A stretch of 64,000 nucleotides of DNA from Trichoplax adhaerens (Eukaryota > Animalia > Placozoa): NCBI RefSeq assembly GCF_000150275.1, contig NW_002060946.1, forward strand, positions 2,747,454 to 2,811,453. The letters are read 5' to 3'. Each line of letters opens with the position of its first letter. The stretch's first letter is position 1. The notes beneath the pieces are model-generated. The model did no database searches, was not told where the DNA came from, and saw only the letters and a list, made by a program, of their open reading frames with translations. Positions 33,430 to 45,070 of this stretch are shown here, piece by piece. The position numbers and the translations under genes are program-made.

Positions 33430-34532
33430 TTACAATTTCGCCTGATTTTTTGCGTCTTTCTTTGCATTTGTGGCAGATTTATTGTTAGCCTCAGACCGTG
33501 GTGATTCATTTGACTGAGGAGCGGAATTGGATTTAGTCACATTAGGCATTATAGATTTCCTGAAATTTTGATACGCATTAAACATTTCTCGTGGCTTTTC
33601 TAAATACGGATAATGACCTGCACCATTCAGTTCTACGATAGAATCCGCGGATACATTTCGCCTGATAAATTTTTCGCATAGGAATTGAAAATATTAACAA
33701 CATGCATTGATAACGAATTATTATCAAATAAATTTGTTGTGATAAAGAGTCTTCTAAAAAATAGTGGATAAAATATGAACTACACTTTCTTGTAACTTCA
33801 CTTAATTACATATATATCGGTTCGTCTCACAACTATAAGGAATAGCTAAATTATTACATCAAGATCCATCGTTTAAATACAATCAGTTACGGAATGATTT
33901 TTCCCCAATACAATCATATCTTGCCTATTACAATTGTAATCTTAAGCTAACTTGGGGCTGCACTACACTTGTAAATGCCCCATTAAGTGTAGTTATAAAA
34001 TAGTAAGCTACATTATTAGGAGTTATTTACAATAAAGCTTATTTAAGGTCTGACAAGAATAGAAACCTTTGTCTGACGAATAGTTAATGAATTATACGGT
34101 ACTTACTTCCAAGCACCAATGATATCGTCACCAACATGCGGATCTTCCATACCAACGATAAAATATCCTATCAAATTAAATTTTAAAATATTATTTTACC
34201 ACATAACATATATTTGATAGTGTTGCAAAACATTTAACTATTAATAATAGAATGCACTAACTCTAAATATGCCAGCATTCATCATTTTCAAATTTTTACT
34301 ACATACTTGGGACTTTGGTTTGGCGGATAGCTCTTGTATGTCTGCTCGCTTGATTAATGCGATCCACTGTATAGTAAACAAATTTATTAGCTACCGCGTT
34401 TCCGTAATTAAAGCGAAAAATTGCCCATTCGTCTTTAAGTTCATTCAATCTAGGTTTGGTTGACCCATATAATTTCAGTAAAGTATCAGCGAATAGATTG
34501 AAGCCATACACATAGCGGCAAATGATAGCACC
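33430..34532 (-). CDS. MEST: MEST-like alpha/beta hydrolase, copy A (3' part only; 5' exons lost in the assembly gap)
   Basis: YGFNLFADTLLKLYGSTKPRLNELKDEWAIFRFNYGN, YFIVGMEDP, AGHYPYLEKP (catalytic His), C-terminus ...KKDAKNQAKL*; clear paralogue of copy B with the same intron positions. Confidence 0.8.
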
Positions 34533-34612
34533 TTATATCAATAACGCTTAGATTAGTTATGATCATGGAATAACTTGGATAAAAATTAGATTGGAGTGCC
34601 GGTAGAGCAATA

Positions 34613-34661
34613 NNNNNNNNNNNNNNNNNNNNNNNNNNNNNNNNNNNNNNNNNNNNNNNNN
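34613..34661. other. Assembly gap (49 N)
   Basis: Run of N. Confidence 1.
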
Positions 34662-36763
34662 NGATCCACTAATTTTTAACGTTCATATAAAAGTCTAAGG
34701 GTCAGAGATTTAAAGCCACAGGCGGCTAAGTATTGGGTCAATTCGGCGGCCACCTGCGGTTATGATTTTTTGAAAGCTGTTCCTATTTTTATACAACAGT
34801 ATCTTCAGCGTCCTATACCTTACTTCCTATCTGTTGCTTCATTATTATTTCAAATTTGTGCATCTAATCCAGTAAATTAGCTACAGCAGCAATTAATTAA
34901 TCGTTTGTGTCTGCACTATGCTATTGCTGTTATTAAGTCAAAGAATGTACGGACCAGTATATTATATTAATTGTAACAGTCGATAGGGTAATTTGCACCT
35001 ATCTCACATCTACTTTGGCGTGCACTTTGATATTTATTCATCAACGACTATCATGCTTGATTATAATAAAGCAGACATCATACCTACAAGTGTATCTACG
35101 TACTATATAAGCTATAGACTGTTGCAACTGAGTATACAGTAATATTATAGTAATATTATTGTATAAAATATAAATTAATGAACAATTGTAAGCCTACTTC
35201 ATGGGCTTTATTTTATTACTTATTGCATGATGTAGTCACTTAGTGACCTAGTTAAAATCATAACTAACGTAAACGTTCCGTTGCATTAATCGCTATTTCA
35301 ACTAAACAGCTTGTATATACTATAAATTATATTGCTAATATAATCTGTTTCGTGCAACTTACCGAATGACTAATGTTTATTAATGTAATGAGGGTTTAGA
35401 TTTGCGAATTTTAAAAATAATTTTTACGACTGCAACGTAACGTACGTACGCTATCTTAAAATAAAAAATTTCTCATTAATTAATCTATAAATCATGGACT
35501 ACCGGAACATATATCTTCTACATAATATATTTTTGTGAATTTTTTCTGGTAATTCATAATCTAAATGGAGATCCATAGAGTGCGTCATTTCCGATATTTA
35601 TGTAATTCTCATGATAGTACAGTATCGTAACAGTTGCATAAAAAAAGTACTACGAATCCGTTCTAAATCACGACTGTGCTTTACCCAATGTATAGCGTTC
35701 ATATATACTTTATAACGCTATAAATTAGTGTCATAGAAGTCCGTACATGTAGTATACAGTATAGTCCTAAAATAATAGTGTAGTACCCACTTGCGTATAG
35801 CTTCTTTCTTGATTTGTTGAATACAGCAGTAAAGTTGCCAAGTCACTGAACGACTATTTACCTATTAAATTATCTATTTATTTATATTTCATTTCTACAT
35901 TTGCATACAGCCTGGTATAGTTTATGAAATCAGTACATCGGGACTAATATATTGTATGCTATGTGAGTATCATACAAACTTTAATGTCATTGTAGTAGCT
36001 ATATACTGCACTGCAAGTAAAAATCCGCATAGAATATATCTTCGCTCAATAACCTAGTTAATATTTTGAGAATTTCTTTTACGTAACAATTATGAGAACG
36101 AATAAAGTATCGGAAAATGAAATAGCAGAATATGTACAAAGAAAAGGTGAGTGCTTTTGTTTCTAACAAATAGATTAACGAGTCATAAATCTAGCTAGGA
36201 GTTGATACGATAGTAATTACTCGTATAATTATTGAAATTAGCACTTCTAAAATAATATTGTACTGGAATTTTCTAGAGATCTTCGTCATTAAGCGAATCC
36301 TCGGGCAACTACGGTAACCAAGGACTTTTAACAATTTCGTTTACTGTAATTTTATGGTATAAATTGAAATTTAAGACTTTTAGAATTATATCTAGTAGTT
36401 GGATACTATAAAACTTCAATTATTCCCTAATAATATTACAATAATAAGAAATCTTCTATGATTTTATTATAACTTAAAAGAGTACCTATTCAGTGAATTA
36501 CAGTTTCCAATAATGTTAGAGTATCTGCTACTATTTAGCTACTCTGTTTAGATTAAGATAATAATTTAGGCAATCGATGTAATAACGTAATATTTTCTTT
36601 AGCATGAAGAAATGAACTACTTTCGTTCAACCTGTGCATATTAAGATGGTAGGGTATTTCTCTTTAATTAATTTATATATGGATCATTATCTTTAGGACA
36701 ATCATTAATTTCTTGAAATTACTTTTAATTCATTTTATTGCCCATCTGCATTTGATGTAGTTT

Positions 36764-38596
36764 TTAATTTGATAATAGAGATTTCCTGAAATTTTTGTAT
36801 ATTTCAAACGTTTCTTGAGGCTTTTCTAAGTGTGGATAGTGACCTGCTTGATCTAGCTCTGCAATAGAGTCCTCCGATACCTTTCGCCTAATGATTTTCA
36901 TGAGAGGAATTGAAAATATTAAATAATGAATGTTTATAGCTGATTAGAAACTCGCAAGCTAATATATACATATTAATCTCAGTAAAGCTAAGTTACAACT
37001 AGCAAGTGGTATGCTAGAAGAAAGCTGACTCATTACACGATGATTATTACTAGTAGCTAGGCAAAAGCAAGCAACTACATTTATACTTACTTCCAAGTAT
37101 CGATAATGGTTTTACTGATATGTGAATCAGCCATACCAAAAATAAAATACCCTAATAAATTTAAAGGTATGATTTTATAACCATGTATTACAGCGAAGAT
37201 AAAGTCACTGAGTTTATAATAATATGCACTTGATATTGATAGGTAATAACAATAAATAGGATCAAAGAGCGGATAAAGAGCTCTTAGTAATGCTAAAAAT
37301 TGATCGATCACGCTTATTGTGTAGACTTTACGCACTTGGTACATTCGTTTCTTGAAGAGTTTTTGCATGTCTATTTGCTTGATTTATACGATCCACCGTA
37401 TAGTAAACAAATTTATTAATTATTGCATTTCCATTATTCCAGCAAAAAATTGCCCATGTATCTTTTAGTTCGCTTTGACTGGGCTTACTAGTTGGTCCAT
37501 AAAACTTGAAAATAGTATTAGCAAATAAATGGAAGCCATACACATAACGAGCAATAAAAGCACCTTGAATTAAAAATAATAAATTGCAGATGACTTTTAG
37601 AAATTACGTTAATAAATGATTAATTAAAACCGTTAAGTGGTAAATACGCGTGATAGAATCGTATAATAAATACGTGAATAGCTTACCAACATAGGGCAAC
37701 AATATTATTTTTTCTATTGGCATTATGTAGGTGTCTTCAACTATTACACGACCATTTAAGACACATAAACTATTAATGTTAAGATTTTGAGCGCTACCGC
37801 TTGTCTTACTTCTTTTTCGATCTTCGTATCTGTAAATGATGGAAATTTGAAGACTTACGTAAGATTATTTAGCATAAATTTCCGTTCAAGACTTTTAAGT
37901 TATGGATTTTCGCAGATAGAAATATATATGTATTCCATCGCTTGATCATTATCATACTCGTAGATTAAAATAAGATATGTGATAGGTTAAAATGCTACTA
38001 TATGACCTTGTTAATAATTCCATAGCTACATTAGCACCCATGTCGCTTGCAAAGATATGAACGTCTTGTATACCAAGCTCATACATCATATGCTCATATA
38101 AATCGGCATGAAATGCTAGATCATAGGTAGTATTATTTGGCTTATCACTGAAACCGCAGCCAAGCATGTCTACAGAAACAACCCGTCGATTGATTGTTTT
38201 CAATTGGCTACAGATTCTTCGCCAATCATAGGAACTTTGAGTAAAACCATGAATTAATAGAATTGCATCATTATCTCGCCGACCTTCCTCATCTAAAATT
38301 GTAAATGGACAGCATTAGAAGCGTACGTTATAATTGGTACTTACAGTGCTTAGAATGGGTGTTATTTCAATTTACATAACATTACATTTATTATTGTCGA
38401 TCAAGATTGTACTATAGTGTATAACCTATAAGTTATGATTACCTCTATAGTATACTTTGCAATCGCGAAACATTTTATAAGAACCATTAGCTCTCCATTT
38501 CTCAATTTTAGAGGAGAGTCTTGGAACAGGATAAAATGCATAAATAGCAGCGAAACCAGCTCCGGCCAATGCAAGGGCTGAAGCAAAAGTCTGCAT
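36764..38596 (-). CDS. MEST: MEST-like alpha/beta hydrolase (epoxide-hydrolase fold), copy B, complete
   Basis: Hydrophobic N-terminus MQTFASALALAGAGFAAIYAFYPVPRLS...W; LLIHGFTQSSYDW; DMLGCGFSDKP; nucleophile elbow HIFASDMGANVAMELL; GPTSKPSQSELKDTW; AGHYPHLEKP; stop at 36764-36766. Confidence 0.88.
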
Positions 38597-40164
38597 GTTT
38601 CGAGACTGTTGGGCATTCAAATTGACATTCGTTATTAGCCTTCAATTGGTATTTTTTACAGGATTAACACACATTATCATTTACAATTGTAAATAATATT
38701 ACTGTAGATAATTTATCAGAAACATGAAAACGATACGTTTTTGGTTAGGTGCCCTATTAGTAGTATCTTAGTGACTCTAACAGTGTTGACATTGATGGAA
38801 ATACGTAGACAAGAGAACTATTTTAGCTGATTGTGCTAAATTATGTTATGAAAGCTAATTAATTAAGTTACTTAATATAAAACATTTAAGGACCAGATCA
38901 AGTGTACACTGCACAGCGTACAGTATTCAACTTAGTAAATATCGAAATTACATGCATTTCCTCCTCGTGAATACAATCGTGATATGATAATCTTACAGCA
39001 TGGTTAAAACTATTGTATTTGCAATTTAAAAGTCCACTTGATATTATTACTACAGTTAATGCGTTTTCTCCTATAAACCGTGGTACAGTCGCTTGTTTAT
39101 ATTTATTATTATTGGCAGCCTTGCTTACAAAGATGTTTGACCAAGTTGCAAGAATCATTTAGAAATGAATGGCTTTCTTAATCGTTCTGAAAATTTAAAC
39201 CACAACAGGTGCAAGATGCTATTGGAGGCCAATTTTGGTGTTGTAGAAGAGGTCAATAGGCAGAAGATGAACTAAAGTATTCCTTTCATCAAGAAAAGTA
39301 TAGGAGCGACACAGTCGACAATGTTGTTTTATTTTATTTACGCAAGCAATTTATCAAAGTCTAAGGGTCAGGATTTCTAACCGTAGGAGGCTAAGAGCAT
39401 CCAGCATAATCAAACATTCTACAGTCAAATGTTGACTTTACTGTGCGGCCTAGACGATGCAGATTGATGCAAGATAATTTGAATTCAGTATAGATTTACA
39501 GCTGTTAATACTTAATAGCATGTAGGTGATGTCGTCTGCTTGCATCATCAAGTAGTCTGCATGTAAACACCGTACTGGATATCAAGATGGCGAATTCATT
39601 TGAGAGGTGTTTATCAACCTACCACCAGTACTGTGATTTCTATACTGAAATCGGGGTAAGGGTGATATTTTTTCTTTCGTAGTTCCTGTAGTCACTCCAC
39701 TCATGCTCCATTGCTGTCTGGTGAAGTCTTTGAAAGATTGCAAACTACCTTACTGATGAACTGTAGTACAGCACCATATATGATGATATATCTCCCGATA
39801 TGAAGACGTCGTGTCGAGGATGAGATCGACATATTTTTATAGACTAACTTACACGGACCTTTTTGAATATTGTAACAAAAGCAGCTTTTTATCTTCCGTT
39901 TTGGTAGGTTGAGCTTTATTGGGGATTTAGTCAACTTATACAGAATAAGATATAGTCTGGCGCATTTCAATACTGTCGACAATTTCAGTTCATTACTCGC
40001 GTAATAATAATTATTATTAGGGAAAATTTATTATTATCGACTGGATGCTCCCACTGCTGTCTAGTGAAGTCCAACAAAAACGCCTTCTTCTACAGTGTAT
40101 AGTGTACAGTACAGTGTACTATACACTGTACGCTACCGTACTGTAGCGTGCTGTGTGTATGTCG

Positions 40165-40177
40165 GTTGTTTAGTAAC
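40165..40177 (+). promoter_or_regulatory. Candidate RFX X-box (GTTGTTTAGTAAC) upstream of CEP41
   Basis: Fits the imperfect palindrome GTTNYY-N-RGYAAC; lies in the MEST/CEP41 divergent interval, upstream of a ciliary gene. Confidence 0.4.
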
Positions 40178-40407
40178 AGCGGCAAAACAACCAACCACTT
40201 CAGTTTGAAAACATGCACTTGTTGGCGATAGGTAGAGTGCGCATGGAGGCATTTACGTATTGGGCTTTCTATCACTACTTTCGACAACAAGTGGAATCGT
40301 ACTACTGCAAGAAAAACGTTGGAAACGTATTGTAATCCACAGCACTATCCTACGGTCGAGAGGCTGTTCTACTCTATCGCACCGTAGGCAGTCCACGGTA
40401 ATACGCG

Positions 40408-40747
40408 CTACATAACCGAATTTAAAATTAAACCTAATAATTTTTAATAAATTTGGCAAAGTGATCTTCTATATTGATAATTTTCCCTTAAAATTATTCA
40501 ATTTGGATTGGAAGAATCAATCGTGCATTGGGTTGCAACTCTTTCCAACCTCTTCATCATCTGGAATATTGGGTATAGAACCGTAGATCCGTTCAAATTT
40601 ATTAGAATATTATACCATCTACGGGAATATACTCTACATAACCGAATTTGAAATTAAAATTATTCAATTTGGATTGGAAGAATCAATCGCGCATTGGGTT
40701 GCAACTCTTTCCAACCTCTTCCAGCATCATCCACAATATTGGGTATA
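40408..40747. repeat. Local direct duplication upstream of the CEP41 ATG
   Basis: tacataaccgaattt.aaattaaa at 40408 and 40635; aattattcaatttggattggaagaatcaatcg.gcattgggttgcaactctttccaacctctt at ~40491 and ~40658. Confidence 0.85.
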
Positions 40748-40816
40748 CAAGTGTAGATCAGTAAATCGCTGATTGCAGTGTTATCAATTGATTTCATTAC
40801 CAGAAAATTAACCAAG

Positions 40817-43800
40817 ATGTCTACAAGTCGAGCCAGCCAAGTAAGTAGAAAGAGGAATATCAATACTGTGTAGAAGGAATGACATCGATGCGACATTTCT
40901 ACTCAATGGTATACAGGATCTATGTTAGTGCAAGTCAAATACTGTACATGTACAACATGCAATTTTAATTACAATTATACTTTTAATGTATTCCATCTAT
41001 GCATGATCAACTATTATAGAATGAAAGAAGAGTTTCTGTTATACTGTAGGTTAAGCAAGTGATGTTATCAGTAATAATAATAATTTTACTGTACTATACG
41101 ACTGTAGTGACCGTCTAAAACCGATGATTGTACCAAGTAGTTATTCGCGTCGGGTATAGAGTATGGTTCATCCAGATGAAACTTCACTTGACAAGTAATC
41201 AAGATGAACAAGATTATTGATGATTTTATCGAATGATTCTTCCATTCAATTAGAATTTAAACAAGAAGATACCTAGGAATCCTAGATATGAACATGTTAA
41301 AAGAACCGTCGATACAGGTAGAAATGAATTCATCATTGTTGACGTTAACTTAACCAAACGGACTACAGTATAGTTTATGTAAAGTGGCGTAGCCCTACTT
41401 GATTGCAATTGAAACGTCAGACCATCCTTATTTTCAAGACACAAATCTTATACAACACAAAATTATCCACTCTTCAATTGAATTATCCCTTTGAAAATCT
41501 TTTTCCTATCAATGGAGTCTTGTATAGCCTAGAATTAATATACCCTACTGTATTGTATGTACTACGGTTAAAATCAAAATTCGTTTGCTGTAATAACACG
41601 TATAACGGTAGACTGTCAATACAAGATGTTGCTACATGGCAAGTAACGCCTCCTAAAATATCTAAAGCAAATATAATGTCTCAACAAATTTTATTGATTT
41701 TATTGTATAGGTGCAAGTGTCACTAATTATGCCGAAAAAATGGAAGAGTTAAATAAAAGTAAGTAATAGTAAGAAATGATGTGACTTATTTGATTTTCAA
41801 CAAGTTAATTATTGTAATAGACTATGAATGGAGTGATCACCTGAAACATTATTATGACATGATTGATGCAATGATTTCACGTGAAATCATTTACATCGTA
41901 CAGGCTATACTGTTGTGTAATATACCTCTATACAGTACGATGGATAAATAATTAATTAAATCACTCTCTGTATAATTGTAGTAGATAGAAATTACAGAAC
42001 AATTGGATAATGTAAAATAAAGGTTGATACCGTTGAAGAATTTTAACCGGAAAGTTAGAAATTAAAATAGTGAATTCCTCTCAAATGTCCTACTATTGCA
42101 TAATCATTCCTATTTACAGTTGATATTATTGTCATACTTTAACAAAATCGCCCATACCATAACTTCAGGAATATCAAAGTGTTTTCTATAATATAGATGT
42201 TGATGTGGGAAATGCCGGTAGTAATTACGCCTTATTACACGGGTATATTAATGCTCAGTTAATTGATATAAACTAGACTACAAGTACAGAAAAGATGAAA
42301 TTTTTAGAAGGATGAAATGTACCACTTTTGTACAGCTGGTAAATACTCTAATCTTTTTAAATTGCATATCTAGTTTAAAACTTGTATGACAATGATCATG
42401 CCATCATTTTAAAATCTCTGATTAGCTAAATTTCGTATCACCATTTCCATCGTCTCTAGTTACTTCAAGTAGCTGATCTTGCCCAACAAGAAGAAATTGC
42501 TGGTAGGTCCCTTCCTTCCGTACATTTTATCATTTATTATTTCTTCCATGTAGCAATGTCATACTCATAAATCGAAATTGTTTATTGGAATTAACCAATC
42601 TAAGCGGCACTTGCTATTGCATTATATTTTAGCCATGGAAGCTGATGCAGTACGAAATTCCAGATTAGATAATGAAGCCGTTGCTAATAGATCCGATCAA
42701 TCTTTAGAGGAGGACGATGCTCTCGACACCAGCCGGTCAACGTTGCAGGGGTAATAATTTACGAACATAAAGTTAGCTATACCTGACGTAATCACTGATC
42801 ATTTTTTACTGTCCTTTTTGACAGTGTCATTAAAGGATTCGGCGAAGTAGATATACAAGAAATAAAGTCAACACCGGAAAACAACACACAGAAACCAATT
42901 GTGAAATCGCCTATCACAAATCCTTACGGTGTAGACGATTCTTCCCCATTTCTTTTGCTTGACGTTCGCAATCCAGACTCTTTTAGACTTTGTCATATAG
43001 TTGGAGGTATGATGCTTATGTAGGCTTAAGCTTAGTTTACAGCTATTGATGTTATCCTATCTGCTCTTATCAAATTTAATCTATTGTATTTTTATTAGCA
43101 AAAAACTATCCAACGACCTTGCTATCGAGATCATGCAACTATTTTTCCAAAGAAATTTTAGTTTATGTATCCTAAGCATACATTCAGATTGATATTACTC
43201 TCATTAAGTTGCCCATTGAATACAGTTGTACTATCTTTTGCATATAATTTTCTTAACAAAGATGCTACTCTAGAAAAACAAACCTGGTAAAATTATAATC
43301 TTGTATGACGAAGATGAAACCGTTGCTCCTCAAACTGCTACCACATTTGTACAACGAGAAGTAGACAATGTTTTTATACTATCAGGAGGTTTGTCTTCAC
43401 TTTAAATTATCAATTTTTGTTGCACATTTTCATTATATTATAATTGTCCATTTTTTGAATATATTCAGGAATGAAAGTGCTGTATAAAAAATTTCCTGAA
43501 GGGATGATCCGAGGAACATTGCCAGCGTCATGTCAACCTTCTCCGCCAACAGAAAGAAGAGCTAAGAAAACTTCTTCTAGCAAATCCTCAGCAAAACCTG
43601 GGTCAGCAGGCATGATTAAGGCTGCCATGCAGTCAGTCGTTAAACTTAGGCCAATTATTCCAGGAGAGCAAGAAATATTGACTGCTGATGATATCTTTTC
43701 ATAACAACTAATTTCTAGCGTAATTCTTGAATTTAAGCGATATACGACATATAGTGATGTATATATATATATATACTGCATGATGCTATACCGTGACGGA

Positions 43801-44141
43801 CAATGTAGGTGTTAAATTAATGTTATTCTCCTATTGCATGAATGTTTATCACGTTCTAGTAAGTTTTGTAAATTAAACTGGTTTTTCCTTAATCATAACT
43901 ACATGCTGAAATTATTCGAGAAGTTCTTGATGTTCACTTATTCGAAGAAGCAAAGACCCAAAGTATGTCTGAGCTATAACTTGAATATTTTATCTTTTGC
44001 AAATTTCTAACGATTATTAATATGCAATACACTCTAAAAGGTCGGTTATCTAGTGTACAAACTTCAAGATCATCGAGTATTATGACAAGTCGATCAGCTG
44101 CTAGTTCCGCCTCTGGTATGCATTCTAAGCCGTGGAAGTGA
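40817..44141 (+). CDS. CEP41: Centrosomal protein of 41 kDa (TSGA14), rhodanese-like domain
   Basis: MSTSRASQ|[22 protein letters not shown]...[21 protein letters not shown]...SRSTLQGVIKG...[25 protein letters not shown]...[11 protein letters not shown]...[30 protein letters not shown]...SKPWK*; the terminal KPWK matches CEP41. Confidence 0.95.
43167..43273 (+). other. U12-type GT-AG intron in CEP41
   Basis: 5' splice site GTATCCTA; branch TTTCTTAAC at 43249-43257; splicing gives EILVY|KNKPGK. Confidence 0.8.
43691..43902 (+). other. U12-type AT-AC intron in CEP41
   Basis: 5' splice site ATATCTTT; branch TTCCTTAAT at 43885-43893; terminal AC at 43901-43902; removal gives in-frame [27 protein letters not shown] leading to the KPWK exon. 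Confidence 0.88.
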
Positions 44142-45070
44142 TCGTTACATGCAACCCCGCGAGATATCTAAAAGATTTTTTATTATGTTAGAACATATAA
44201 GTATAACTGAATACGATTATGGCTTCTAATATTGAGGAGCATAATAATTTTTGTTATCCCTCACTTCATTTCTAAAGCATTACATATGTATTCGTACTGT
44301 AAGATACTGCACTATATTTCATGATGGTCGATACTGTATTCCACCTGAAATGTCATTATTGTAGTTGATCGTAAGACGTCAAGATACTATATTTTTAATC
44401 TATGTTATTCATTGCGATATGTCTACGTAACTGTTGGTTTCAAGAAACTCTAGACGTTAAAGTTTTTAATCAAATATACCAATAGTATTTTAAGATACTG
44501 CGATGCTTATACCTTTACTAAGCTAAAAATGTAAAAGTAAACCGTATCATGACATTAATATCTTTATGAGTTCGTATATATAAAAAATATAGCATGGAGT
44601 CAGGATGAAAATTTTGAATATTAGATGCTTCTACTCTAATAATACTCTATCCAATTGGATACACAATAATGTGGTATCACAACATGAAAATATTCTATTT
44701 ACAAATAAATGTTTTAATACTCCTACTACTTCAGTTATTGGTAGGTACTAAAGCTATTCTAAAATAAATTCGCTCCCAAAAATTAGTTAAATCTTCTACA
44801 ATCAAAGGGATATTATTTTTCCACGATAATATTTTTATTGCTACCGGATGATCTACTAAAATTTTAATTAGACTAGAAGAAGAGAAGCTACTCTACATAG
44901 GTAGTAAAGCCGCTTCAATGGTAGTACATATTGATGAGAATTCTTTGCCTATCGATATGTCGAACATATCATTGAAATAAAATTGCATTTAGTAGATAAG
45001 CAGTATAAAATATTGCAGATGTCTAAAAACCAGGTGATTCGTGAACGTATACTAAGAATCTCGAAAACTC

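Noticed and set aside
39701-40459. Minus-strand ORFs between MEST and CEP41
   Set aside because: No family motifs; they overlap probable promoter and low-complexity sequence
43471-43704. ORF-track stop as the true CEP41 C-terminus
   Set aside because: The stop lies within an AT-AC intron; downstream exons supply the conserved KPWK end
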